DNA of 38,341 bases. Origin: a virus. Below, piece by piece: positions 9,073 to 17,618 of this stretch; within the stretch, counting starts at the first letter, position 1, and every line of letters starts with the position of its first letter. Where the stretch lies: the UHGV virus genome UHGV-0133281. One strand, written 5' to 3'. The position numbers and the translations under genes are program-made. The notes beneath the pieces are model-generated. The model made no database searches. It saw nothing but the letters and a program-made list of their open reading frames with translations, and had not been told where the DNA came from.

Positions 9073-9342
9073 ATGCCATATGTAGTGAAAATTTCAGCCT
9101 ATCTTGGCAAAGATGGTCGACCAGTAGCCAATTTAAAAGATGCTGTGCTATTTGAGCATAAAGAGACAGCAGCTATCGCAACAATCGTATCTGGCGGAAC
9201 CGTTTCAGAAGTAAAGGAAGCCATTATAATGCCAGAAAAACCGAAGAAACATATAGGGAAATCTATTAAACGGATTGATAAGAAGGAACCGACCGAAAAA
9301 GCTACCAAAAGTAATCAAGCCTGGATGAAAGGGGCTAAATAA
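9073..9342 (+). CDS. Hypothetical protein
   Basis: 89 aa ORF with RBS AAAGGGG. Confidence 0.4.
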   Translation: MPYVVKISAYLGKDGRPVANLKDAVLFEHKETAAIATIVSGGTVSEVKEAIIMPEKPKKHIGKSIKRIDKKEPTEKATKSNQAWMKGAK

Positions 9343-9344
9343 GA

Positions 9345-9512
9345 ATGAAGTGTGTTAGATGTCAAGATCAGCGCGTGATTTGGGGCAAAGATAGATTTAA
9401 TTATGCAACGCCCGTTCCATGTCCTGAATGCAATAAAGATGGAAAAGCAGTTCGAGCGGAAACTGCGACCAAGGAAAGGGAGTTAAAACAATGCAATCCC
9501 CAACAGCACTGA
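9345..9512 (+). CDS. Small zinc-ribbon protein (CxxC...CPEC), not in the supplied ORF track because it is below the 60-aa cutoff
   Basis: 55-codon ORF starting 10 nt after AAGGGG. Two Cys pairs. The 3' end overlaps the start of the next gene. Confidence 0.4.
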   Translation: MKCVRCQDQRVIWGKDRFNYATPVPCPECNKDGKAVRAETATKERELKQCNPQQH

Positions 9513-9961
9513 ATAAGCGAGGAAATAAAGTCACGATTGATGGTTACACATTTGATAGCCAGAAGGAAGCTAACTTTTATACAAAATTTGTCAAAAATTG
9601 TGGGTTACCTTTTGAAGTTCATCCGCGTTTTAAACTAACCGAACTTACACCAACTGCGGATGGTATAGGCAAAATTTCGGCGATAGCTTATTCACCTGAT
9701 TTCATCATAAAAAACTTAGATGGGAGTTGGAGACATGTCATTGATATTAAAAACTCTTTTGGCGTGTATGGTATTGACCAATCCGTTAAGCTTCGTTTTC
9801 GTCTATTTGCCCTTCGATATGGTCATCCAGTTGAAGCGATTGTTGTTCGTGCTAGAGATTTTAAAGTGATCACACAAGGTGTAACTAAGCCTTTAAACGA
9901 AAAAAGACCATTCATAACCGATAATTTCGATTACGAATGGAAAGATGCAACTAATTATTAA
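9491..9961 (+). CDS. DUF1064-family phage protein (resolvase- or nuclease-like)
   Basis: N-terminal NKRGNKVTIDGYTFDSQKEANFY...HPRF matches the DUF1064 signature. Confidence 0.6.
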   Translation: MQSPTALNKRGNKVTIDGYTFDSQKEANFYTKFVKNCGLPFEVHPRFKLTELTPTADGIGKISAIAYSPDFIIKNLDGSWRHVIDIKNSFGVYGIDQSVKLRFRLFALRYGHPVEAIVVRARDFKVITQGVTKPLNEKRPFITDNFDYEWKDATNY

Positions 9962-9980
9962 ACGAAAGTAGGAAAATAAA

Positions 9981-10586
9981 ATGACAAAACAAGTAAATTT
10001 CAGACCAGAAGTGAAAAAAGTGACATCTAAATCAAACGGAAATATCGAAGTGCTATTAGTGGTTAGCAACGCTTCATTAAAAGGGAAATATGAGAGTTTA
10101 AACGAATTTTTAGGCAAAACAGTGTCAACGACTATTGAGCCAGAAACAGTAGAATACAAGGTGCCAGTTAACAAGCAGACCAATAAGCCGAATGTCGAAT
10201 ATGTTGTAAATAACGACGGGACAGTTGAAGTTCTAAAAGAAGAACAAACTTCTTTAGAAATGGGCGATGATGTGCAAGAAGTCGAAGAAGTTGCTGTGCA
10301 AGTATCGAAAGAAACCATTGACGAATTCATAAAGAAAGCAACGACTATCGAATGGCCAGAATCAGTAACAATCAACGTTCGTGGCGTATTGCATCGAATC
10401 GATGAAGGGGAAACGCTAGAAGAAATTGCGGCTGATCATGATGTTTCAGTTGAAAATCTAATCAACCAAGTTGAACTTGCACGCCAACATTTTGCACCGT
10501 TTGCAGATTCTTGGAGCAAAAACAAAGAGAACATCATTTTCCCTGAAAAGACAGTTGAAGATGATGAAGAAGAAATCGAAGAATAA
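9981..10586 (+). CDS. Hypothetical protein with an acidic C-terminal tail
   Basis: 201 aa with RBS. Ends DDEEEIEE. Confidence 0.45.
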   Translation: MTKQVNFRPEVKKVTSKSNGNIEVLLVVSNASLKGKYESLNEFLGKTVSTTIEPETVEYKVPVNKQTNKPNVEYVVNNDGTVEVLKEEQTSLEMGDDVQEVEEVAVQVSKETIDEFIKKATTIEWPESVTINVRGVLHRIDEGETLEEIAADHDVSVENLINQVELARQHFAPFADSWSKNKENIIFPEKTVEDDEEEIEE

Positions 10587-10601
10587 TCTCGTAGAAAGTG
10601 A

Positions 10602-10814
10602 GTGTTCATTTTGCTTGAGATTTATTATACGCCAACATCCGCAATAATTGCGGATGCATTGGCTAAAACATATGAAGTTGTTTCTTTAGAAACAGCTAGA
10701 AATATTGCCAAAAATTTTAAGGCTAGTTTGAAGCAGAAAACGGACCTTTATGTAATTGAAAGCATTTTGATTGATGCTGGTTATAAAAAAGAGCCAATAG
10801 AGTTTAAGCTTTAG
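10602..10814 (+). CDS. Hypothetical small protein (GTG start)
   Basis: 70 aa. Weak RBS. Confidence 0.3.
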   Translation: MFILLEIYYTPTSAIIADALAKTYEVVSLETARNIAKNFKASLKQKTDLYVIESILIDAGYKKEPIEFKL

Positions 10815-11154
10815 AAGAAACCTTAATCGATAATGTTAGGTGAATTATACATGATTTTGGAAATCTATAATAAAGGCGTAGGTCAATTCTTAACAGCATA
10901 CTATGTAGATCATCTAATGGCAGAAATGAATTTTACCTAAAAGAGTGAACAATTGAAAAAGATAGAGCCATTATAAATTAATTGGACTTTATTTCATGAA
11001 TCAAAAGGTGCAGTGAAAATTAAGCATCGTTAATATAAAAACAACACACAGATTGTTTCTATCCAAGTAACGACAGATACTGTCAAAAAAAGAAGTGACT
11101 GAAATTGTGAAATAGCCACAACATCCGATTCAAGAATTTCAACCAGGGGCATTT

Positions 11155-11200
11155 TAAAATAAAAATCCCTCAACTTTATAGATCTTAGTTGAGGGTAAAT
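11155..11200 (-). terminator. Rho-independent terminator for the reverse-strand DUF4145 gene
   Basis: 9-bp perfect stem CCCTCAACT/AGTTGAGGG (11167-11175 and 11187-11195) with an 11-nt loop. A T-run follows on the minus strand. Confidence 0.6.
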
Positions 11201-11203
11201 GTT

Positions 11204-11935
11204 CTAACTATCTCGTTTTTGAATTGCTTTTAATGCTCCTTCAGGGAGAGTCTGGAAAATGGCATCGATTTTATTAGGCTGAGAAATCTGATTATCAACA
11301 ATAAAATTAACTAATTCTAATAGATTTACAGCTATGTCTTTGTTATCCGTTAAGTCAATTTCTCCAGGATGTACAGCATTGTTTCCAACGACTCTCACTA
11401 TATCTAACGCTTTTTGGACTTGAGCACTTAGACCTTTAGCTACTAGGTTTTTTATTCGATCATTTAAATTAATGCCATCAGGGTCTAATTTTTTAGTTAA
11501 CTTATCAATGGCTAGTCTAGATAAAGCCGCTGAAGCTCTAGGGGAGTCATTTAAAATATTTCGTGCTTCTTCGTATACGGTACGTATATCTTCGGGCATA
11601 TCAGTATTAGGCAAGGGTAATGAAGTAAGATTTCTTGGATAGATTTGCCGTTCTTTGTTAGATCCGTTATCTTTTATCCATATTGATATTTTTTTACAAG
11701 ATTTACATGTAGCTTTTATCAATGTGTATTTCAGGACCGACGATTCATAATCACCACCTAGACCATATGCCCATTGTAACCCAGTAAAAGCTCCACATTG
11801 TGGGCAAATTGTCCCTCGAGTGACAGCATTTGGATTATATGAGCCCAATGAATATCCTGATTCTTTTTCTTTCCAATCTATAAAAGAATGGTCAAAAAGC
11901 GACTGATTTTGTTTGTCAAATACAATTCTTTCCAT
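11204..11935 (-). CDS. Zinc-ribbon plus DUF4145 (HEPN-type) domain protein. Candidate abortive-infection or defence moron.
   Basis: N-terminal CPQCG...CKSCKK. The C-terminal region YEEARNIL...RLAIDKL...VRVVGNNAVHPGEID...VNLLELVNFIV is typical of DUF4145. Opposite strand to its neighbours, with its own terminator. Confidence 0.6.
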   Translation of the reverse strand: MERIVFDKQNQSLFDHSFIDWKEKESGYSLGSYNPNAVTRGTICPQCGAFTGLQWAYGLGGDYESSVLKYTLIKATCKSCKKISIWIKDNGSNKERQIYPRNLTSLPLPNTDMPEDIRTVYEEARNILNDSPRASAALSRLAIDKLTKKLDPDGINLNDRIKNLVAKGLSAQVQKALDIVRVVGNNAVHPGEIDLTDNKDIAVNLLELVNFIVDNQISQPNKIDAIFQTLPEGALKAIQKRDS

Positions 11936-12097
11936 CTATAATCACCTCTTTAATCTTTTACCTAATTATATCAATAAAGAAAGGGAATTTCTATGGCACT
12001 TAGACCATACCAAGAAGAAGTTCATTCTACTGTCCAAATTGAGTGGCAGAATAACAAAAAGAAAACATTATGAGTTTTGCGTATAGGAGGAATCTGA

Positions 12098-12313
12098 ATG
12101 AAACTATATCGATATGAAAGTTCAAAAAATACTGGGTGTTGGACAGAAAGCCTAAATCACTCAAATAAAAAATTCGAAGAGGAAAAAGGCTACTTAATGG
12201 TTGACGATCCTGAGGAAGATGAAACAGTAAAACTAGTCACAATTGAGGTGATAAACGTTTTAAAATCCGTAAGAATGACCGTAACTATCAAAAAGGCGAT
12301 ATCTTACGCTTAA
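12098..12313 (+). CDS. Hypothetical protein
   Basis: 71 aa ORF with strong RBS AGGAGG. Confidence 0.45.
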   Translation: MKLYRYESSKNTGCWTESLNHSNKKFEEEKGYLMVDDPEEDETVKLVTIEVINVLKSVRMTVTIKKAISYA

Positions 12314-12433
12314 ACGAATATCCAGACGGACAGTATACAGGTGATGTTCATGTCGCATAAATAACATACATTACAGATTATATTCAACAAGATGGTTATG
12401 TAGTGTTAGGAATTAAGTGAGGAGGACGGATAA

Positions 12434-12712
12434 TCAAGTTTTAAGAGATTTAAACCAATTCCTAATAATGTCTATAATCAAACCCAGAGAAAAGTATGAA
12501 ATAAAATGAATTAAAGATGAAATAAACATTCTTACAGAATAAGGTTGATTCATATAAAATTCATCTAACTTAGGGGATTTGATAAGCAGATTCGTACCTA
12601 TAAAATCTGTAATAGCAAATAGGAATCCCTTATTGTCATAACCACTAACCCAAGTAGTTATAACGATAAGACTGAACAAGCTTAATAGAATAGTGAATAA
12701 ATACTTTTTCAT
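12434..12712 (-). CDS. Small membrane protein (2-3 TM helices)
   Basis: 92 aa with a hydrophobic N-terminus (LFTILLSLFSLIVITTWV) and C-terminus. Reverse strand within the moron island. Confidence 0.45.
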   Translation of the reverse strand: MKKYLFTILLSLFSLIVITTWVSGYDNKGFLFAITDFIGTNLLIKSPKLDEFYMNQPYSVRMFISSLIHFISYFSLGLIIDIIRNWFKSLKT

Positions 12713-12866
12713 TTCACAGCCTCCTTACAAATTCCGTTAATTATTCTAGAGAGATACATTTATAGTATAGGGAAATGGAATTTAAGACAACAAAAAAGCC
12801 GGATTCCTCCGACTGTTGGTAATATTCTCGACACGAATATTATACCACAAACGGGGGAATCAAGGG

Positions 12867-13334
12867 ATGGTACTTTTTGACGTAAAGAAATATGAAACGC
12901 CAGCTGCAAAAGATGTAGACATGGAACAAACTAAACATAACGTCAGTGTGTTCCTATCTGCCTATCTTGCTGCTAGATGTCGTGTTGGCCAGCCGAGGGA
13001 ACCAAAAGTAACAGCTTCATTCTCTTTGGTTCCACCATCAACGGCCAATAACGTTTTCGAAGCCGAACAAATGTTAATCCAGAAAGAAGAAGCACAAGAA
13101 GAGTTTGATTACCTTCACAAGCTTTTTGTTAGAGGTTATTCTGCGATCCAACATCCGCACAAACCAGATGTAACGGAGAGAAGAAAAAGAATTTTCTATG
13201 ACCGCTATATCAACGGCAATCCAATATATCTAGCAGCGCAACGAAACTGCATCAGCGAAGAATCAGTGAAACAAGAATCTAATATGATCATTGTTCAATT
13301 TGCTTCAGCACTGGAACTGGTTGCTTTTAAGTAG
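12867..13334 (+). CDS. arpU: ArpU-family late transcriptional regulator (RinA/LtrC-like phage late activator)
   Basis: Size and sequence features of the ArpU family. Canonical position just upstream of the packaging genes. Start at MVLFD, preferred over the upstream in-frame ATG because of a GGGGG..AAGGG RBS. Confidence 0.6.
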   Translation: MVLFDVKKYETPAAKDVDMEQTKHNVSVFLSAYLAARCRVGQPREPKVTASFSLVPPSTANNVFEAEQMLIQKEEAQEEFDYLHKLFVRGYSAIQHPHKPDVTERRKRIFYDRYINGNPIYLAAQRNCISEESVKQESNMIIVQFASALELVAFK

Positions 13335-13554
13335 CCATTTATTACACTTTTTATACCTCTTTTATACACTTTATCTGCACATCATATACCTTCAAAACGA
13401 GTTATTATGATAGTGTCAAAAAAATAAGAAATGCGACACACTTACACAAATACATTAACGGAACGATTGCCTACTTATTTTTTTGATTTGAGATTACAAG
13501 GAAGTAAAAAAATTCTACTTTCTTCGTTTAGTCACTTGTGATCTCATTTAGATT

Positions 13555-13629
13555 CTCTCGCAAACCACAAATTAAAACTAAAGAAGTGAGGTGAATTTCC
13601 TCTCTCTTTTTTCTACAGGTTTGCGAGAG
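13555..13629. repeat. 12-bp perfect inverted repeat (CTCTCGCAAACC / GGTTTGCGAGAG) with a 51-nt spacer. Large hairpin or operator. Flanked by an 11-bp direct repeat GTTTAGTCACT (13516-13526 and 13634-13644).
   Basis: Read directly from the sequence. Located in the 765-bp ORF-free region. Confidence 0.6.
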
Positions 13630-13638
13630 TTAAGTTTA

Positions 13639-13768
13639 GTCACTGTGGCGGAATAGGTAGACGCTCGTACGTGAGATTAGACATTGGAACAACGTATAAG
13701 TTCGTATGTAGGGCTTTGGCCCATCGGATAAATCTAATCATGCGAGGTGCAAATCCTTGCCAGTGACA
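13639..13768 (+). ncRNA. tRNA-like structured RNA of about 130 nt. It has a 7-bp terminal acceptor-like helix, a tRNA-Leu-like D-arm, a GGGCTTTGGCCC variable-arm-like hairpin and a T-arm-like CGAGG-TGCAAAT-CCTTG. It does not fold as a canonical cloverleaf and may be a degenerate or unusual tRNA or a novel ncRNA.
   Basis: 5' GTCACTG pairs with 3' CAGTGAC followed by A. TGGCGGAATAGGTAGACGC is near-identical to bacterial tRNA-Leu D-arms. An internal 7-bp helix GATTAGA/TCTAATC is present. Confidence 0.3.
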
Positions 13769-13888
13769 TAATCATTTTAGCCGTGAAAGTCTGCGAAAGC
13801 TACGTACTGATGGGAAAACATTCTGACGAGAGTGTGTAAAGGTTAATTTGATTTATTAGCAATTGCTAGAAGGTAGCTCCTTCTGGTA

Positions 13889-13962
13889 TGGCGTGTAGCT
13901 CAATTGGTGAGAGCGGTTGATTTTTAATCAAGTAAATGCAGGTTCGACTCCTGTCACGCCAA
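13889..13962 (+). tRNA. tRNA-Lys (anticodon UUU)
   Basis: Manual cloverleaf. Acceptor TGGCGTG/CACGCCA. D-arm GCTC-AATTGGTGA-GAGC. Anticodon arm GTTGA-TTTTTAA-TCAAG with one G:G at positions 27:43. T-arm GCAGG-TTCGACT-CCTGT. Discriminator A. No CCA encoded. Confidence 0.7.
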
Positions 13963-14042
13963 TAAGTAGCAAATGCTGCTTAAATAAAATAGATCGTCAC
14001 TAAATGTTCGGACAAACAAATTGGCGCTACTACCTTTCACGA

Positions 14043-14070
14043 GGGCTGCATTTCTATGCAGTCCTTTTTA
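14043..14070 (+). terminator. Rho-independent terminator closing the RNA island, just upstream of the late operon
   Basis: GGGCTGCAT-TTCT-ATGCAGTCC stem-loop followed by TTTTT. Confidence 0.55.
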
Positions 14071-14099
14071 CATAATTTTATAAGGAGGTTGTTACATCT

Positions 14100-14414
14100 A
14101 TGAGTAAAAAAGAACAGATTAAAAAGCAACAAGCACAGTTCTTAGAAATCATGAAGAAGGTTCGTGAAGAGAAAGATATAGATGCGCTTGCAGAACTGTT
14201 TATTGAAATCATTTCGGTATATGGGCTGAAGATGGATGAGACATCAGCATTACTTTATTACGTTCAGAAAGAAACACTTGAAGCAGATCACAATGCACAG
14301 TTCTTAAAAAAACGATTGAAACTTGATGTTAAGTCGCTAGGTATTGAAGGTGTGCTGCAAGTACAACGTGCGTTGGTTAACACTTATATAGATGGATTGA
14401 AGAAAGGGAAGTGA
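14100..14414 (+). CDS. Hypothetical protein (first gene of the late region)
   Basis: 104 aa. RBS AAGGAGG. Confidence 0.5.
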   Translation: MSKKEQIKKQQAQFLEIMKKVREEKDIDALAELFIEIISVYGLKMDETSALLYYVQKETLEADHNAQFLKKRLKLDVKSLGIEGVLQVQRALVNTYIDGLKKGK

Positions 14415-14975
14415 ATGGATATGACGGATAGAATTTTCACGTTAGAAGTCAAGGATGAGTATTCAGACACTAAAACAAACGTTGATGAAACATTCAATGA
14501 TGATGTAAATTTTGTTGTTTTATCTAATGGCACGATGATCGTTAAGAATCCAAAAGTCACAAAGTATATTGAGAAATTGATTGAACAAGCAACACGAAGA
14601 ACAATACTAAACGATGGTTATTTCACTTCTTATTGTAGAGATAAGCCGTGGGAAAGAGATACAGATTGCCTTAAATATGATGCGGAAATTCAAAAGAAGA
14701 TGAAAAAACACTCTCAAAAAGAAAGTTCAGATGTACCATTACTGAAAGAAACAACGGCTGATTTGCTTGAAATCAAACTAAAAGATACTGATTCAGTTCC
14801 AGAAGTTTACTACAAAGGCGAACGTATAGACGAGATGCCAAAAGGATTAGTAGATGTATATTTTTATTGGAGAACAAAAACAGCGGATAGTTTAGGCGAT
14901 GCCCAAGTTAGAGTTAAATATTGCGATAACTTAGAAGAAATAACTTGTATACACAATAAATTAACTAATGATTGA
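14415..14975 (+). CDS. Hypothetical protein
   Basis: 186 aa. Translationally coupled to its neighbours. Confidence 0.5.
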   Translation: MDMTDRIFTLEVKDEYSDTKTNVDETFNDDVNFVVLSNGTMIVKNPKVTKYIEKLIEQATRRTILNDGYFTSYCRDKPWERDTDCLKYDAEIQKKMKKHSQKESSDVPLLKETTADLLEIKLKDTDSVPEVYYKGERIDEMPKGLVDVYFYWRTKTADSLGDAQVRVKYCDNLEEITCIHNKLTND

Positions 14976-15279
14976 TGTCACATCAAAGCAAGCGCGAGCG
15001 AAGTTCTATGGTTCATCAGAGTGGAGAAGATTAAGGCAGCAGTGTTTAGAGAGGGACCATTACGAATGCCAGTGGTGCAAACAAGAAGGTAAGTTAACAA
15101 CTCAATATGATTCTATTCTTGAAGTGGATCACATTAAAGAGTTGGAACATTATCCTCAGCATGCCTTGGATATAGACAACTTACGCACGTTGTGCAAAGA
15201 CTGTCACAATAAAAGACATGGAAGATTTAACTATAGAGAATCGAAAAGAAAAAGAAAGTGGGATGATGAATGGTGGTAG
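14968..15279 (+). CDS. HNH endonuclease (packaging-associated)
   Basis: CQWC...DHIKELEHYP...LCKDCHNKRH HNH motif. Immediately upstream of cos/terS. Confidence 0.85.
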   Translation: MIDVTSKQARAKFYGSSEWRRLRQQCLERDHYECQWCKQEGKLTTQYDSILEVDHIKELEHYPQHALDIDNLRTLCKDCHNKRHGRFNYRESKRKRKWDDEWW

Positions 15280-15483
15280 AGGACAGTTTCAAATCGTTTG
15301 ATAAAGTAAGTTTTGGTTTGTCGAATCAATCAGACGTAACTAGTTATTTTGCACCGATTCTTATTCCTGAGGGTTACTTAAACGAATTCGTTAGCGTTTG
15401 TAGTGAAAATAATCCATTGAAAGAACATTTTGGAGTCGTGGGAGAAACACAGCTTAAAACTAAAGAAAGTGGTGGACAGCATA

Positions 15484-15600
15484 CCCCCCATCGAAATATT
15501 TTTCCCTAAAGTGGGGACTGCGGGAACCGGTGGATGGGGTCGACTAGAAAGAAAAATACAATTTTTTCACACGTGACCCCCCTCCCCCTATATAAGAAAA
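15484..15600. other. Candidate cos site. A GC-rich element (CCCCCCATCG...GTGGGGACTGCGGGAACCGGTGGATGGGGTCGAC...GACCCCCCTCCCCC) lies between the HNH and terS genes.
   Basis: Strong local GC spike in an AT-rich genome, at the HNH-terS junction typical of HNH-dependent cos phages. Confidence 0.5.
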
Positions 15601-15615
15601 GAAAGAGGTGAGTTA

Positions 15616-15969
15616 ATGAGTAGGTTAGAAGAGCGTGAGAAGCTTGTTAAGAAAGAAAAAAATCGTTTGAAAAAATTATTTAAAACCATACCGAAAGAGA
15701 AACTAAAGGCTGTTGATGGACTTTTAATGCAAGCAGCAAGATTAAGAATTTTATTGGATGAAATGTGGATAGATATTTCTGAAAATGGCGATGTAGAAAT
15801 GTTTAGTCAATCTGATAAGCAAGAACCTTATGAACGTGAACGCCCTATAGCCAAGCTTTTTAACTCACGTGATATGAGTTACCAACGAATTATCAAACAA
15901 CTAACTGACTTAATCCCTGTCGAAAGAGAGAATGATGACAGCGAAAATGATAGTAGCGATTTATTATGA
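15616..15969 (+). CDS. terS: Terminase small subunit (P27-family-like)
   Basis: 117 aa immediately upstream of, and overlapping, terL. Sequence features of P27-type TerS. Confidence 0.7.
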   Translation: MSRLEEREKLVKKEKNRLKKLFKTIPKEKLKAVDGLLMQAARLRILLDEMWIDISENGDVEMFSQSDKQEPYERERPIAKLFNSRDMSYQRIIKQLTDLIPVERENDDSENDSSDLL

Positions 15970-17606
15970 TACAAGCAAAATACTTTGAAGAATACAAATG
16001 GCTTATTTATTCAGGAAAACACATTGCGTGTAAAGAGCAATTTTTATTAATTAAATATTTGGAAACAAAAATATTGAGCAGAGATGATCTTTATATAGAC
16101 GAAAAAATGCTCGGAAATTATATTAAATTTTCCGAAAAATACTTCTTTCCATTATCAATTTATCAAAAATTCATAGCTACTTTTGTTTTCATGTACTGGA
16201 AAAATAAAGATCGAGTGGTTTTTCGTGAATTTTTAGTAACGCTTGGCCGTGGTGGTGGGAAGAATGGTTTTCTTTCAACGCTAGGCGCTTTTTTTATTTC
16301 AGAGTTGCACGGAATCAGAGGATACAATTCAACAATTACAGCAAACTCAGAAGATCAGGCAAAAATGTCTTTTGATGAAGTCTATAATGTAATTCTTTCC
16401 AGGAATTTAAAAAAACATTTTAATGCTAAGAAGTCAGTAATTACAGGTAAAGCTATGGCGGCGGAATTTAAATTCAGAACTAATAATCCAAAAACAATGG
16501 ACAGTGCAAGAGATGGCTGTCTATTTTTTGATGAAATACACGGGTTTATAAATAATAGTCCTGTTAAAGTTCAGCGTTCTGGATTAGGAAAAGTTAAGCA
16601 CGCAAGGACTTGGTATTTTGGTACTAATGGCTATGTCCGTGAAGGTTTCTACGATAAACAAATTGAACGTTCAATGAAGATACTCACTGGTAAGACTGAT
16701 CGAATTGGGTATTTTCCGTTTATTTGTAAACTCGATAGCATTGATGAATTGAACGACATGAACATGTGGGCAAAAGCCAATCCAATGTTCAATGAAAAAA
16801 CAGAATATGCAGAACAAATTTTTGAAGAGGTTAAAGAAGATTATCTTGATTTAGAGGAGGAACCTAGCGGTCGTCAAGAATTTGTTATAAAACGTATGAA
16901 CTTTACAGAAGGAAATGATGAGCGAGATGTAACCACTCCTGAAAAATTACTTGCAACAAACCAAGAAATACCAGAATTAAAAGGAATGTCTTGTGTTGCT
17001 GGTTTTGACTACGCAAGTATTAGTGACTTTGCTAGTATAGGTTTGTTATTTAAAAAAGAAGATAAATATATATGGTTAAGCCATAGTTTTGTCCGAAAAG
17101 GTTTCTTAGAAAAGGTTAAGGTCAAAGCCCCAATTGAAGAGTGGGAGGAACAAGGATTTATAACGATTGTTGATGGCCCATCAATTGATCCGCAACATTT
17201 AATAAACTGGCTTAATAATAAACGTTCAACGTATAACATTGAGTTAGTCTGTGCAGATGGGTTTCGTATGGATTTATTAAAGCCTTTGTTAGATAAAGAA
17301 GGGTACGAGAATGAATTTTTAAGGAATCCTAGAGGTGTGCAAGCAAAAGTAGCGCCAATAATCGAAGATGGATTTGCAAATGAGCGATTCATATTCGGTG
17401 ATGATCCACCAATGCGATGGTTTACTAATAATACGTATGTTAAAGAAGATAACCAAGGAAATCGAACATTTTTGAAAAAAGAACCAATCAGAAGAAAAAC
17501 AGATGGCTTTCATGCTTTTTTGGCGGCACTTTATAAAAGAGAAGCGATTAGTGAATATGTCGATTATTCAGAAGCGTTTGATATTTTAAATGAATTAGAC
17601 TTTTAA
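15966..17606 (+). CDS. terL: Terminase large subunit
   Basis: 546 aa. ATPase region (LVTLGRGGGKNG Walker A-like, LFFDEIH Walker B) plus a C-terminal nuclease domain. Confidence 0.85.
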   Translation: MIQAKYFEEYKWLIYSGKHIACKEQFLLIKYLETKILSRDDLYIDEKMLGNYIKFSEKYFFPLSIYQKFIATFVFMYWKNKDRVVFREFLVTLGRGGGKNGFLSTLGAFFISELHGIRGYNSTITANSEDQAKMSFDEVYNVILSRNLKKHFNAKKSVITGKAMAAEFKFRTNNPKTMDSARDGCLFFDEIHGFINNSPVKVQRSGLGKVKHARTWYFGTNGYVREGFYDKQIERSMKILTGKTDRIGYFPFICKLDSIDELNDMNMWAKANPMFNEKTEYAEQIFEEVKEDYLDLEEEPSGRQEFVIKRMNFTEGNDERDVTTPEKLLATNQEIPELKGMSCVAGFDYASISDFASIGLLFKKEDKYIWLSHSFVRKGFLEKVKVKAPIEEWEEQGFITIVDGPSIDPQHLINWLNNKRSTYNIELVCADGFRMDLLKPLLDKEGYENEFLRNPRGVQAKVAPIIEDGFANERFIFGDDPPMRWFTNNTYVKEDNQGNRTFLKKEPIRRKTDGFHAFLAALYKREAISEYVDYSEAFDILNELDF

Positions 17607-17618
17607 GGAGTGATAGTC

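Noticed and set aside
9099-9308. 69-aa minus-strand ORF
   Set aside because: Antisense within 9073-9342.
9893-10375. 160-aa minus-strand ORF
   Set aside because: Antisense to two plus-strand genes. S/T/F-rich low complexity typical of reverse-complement artefacts. No RBS.
13639-13768. Reading the tRNA-like element as tmRNA or as a tRNA carrying a group I intron
   Set aside because: It is far too short (130 nt) for either. It has no tag-peptide reading frame and no group I P-element organisation. It is kept only as a generic tRNA-like ncRNA candidate.
15270-15509. 79-aa plus-strand ORF between HNH and terS
   Set aside because: It overlaps the HNH 3' end and runs into the GC-rich candidate cos element. 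No convincing RBS. Probably non-coding, though not excluded.
17009-17513. Minus-strand ORFs inside terL
   Set aside because: Antisense shadow ORFs.
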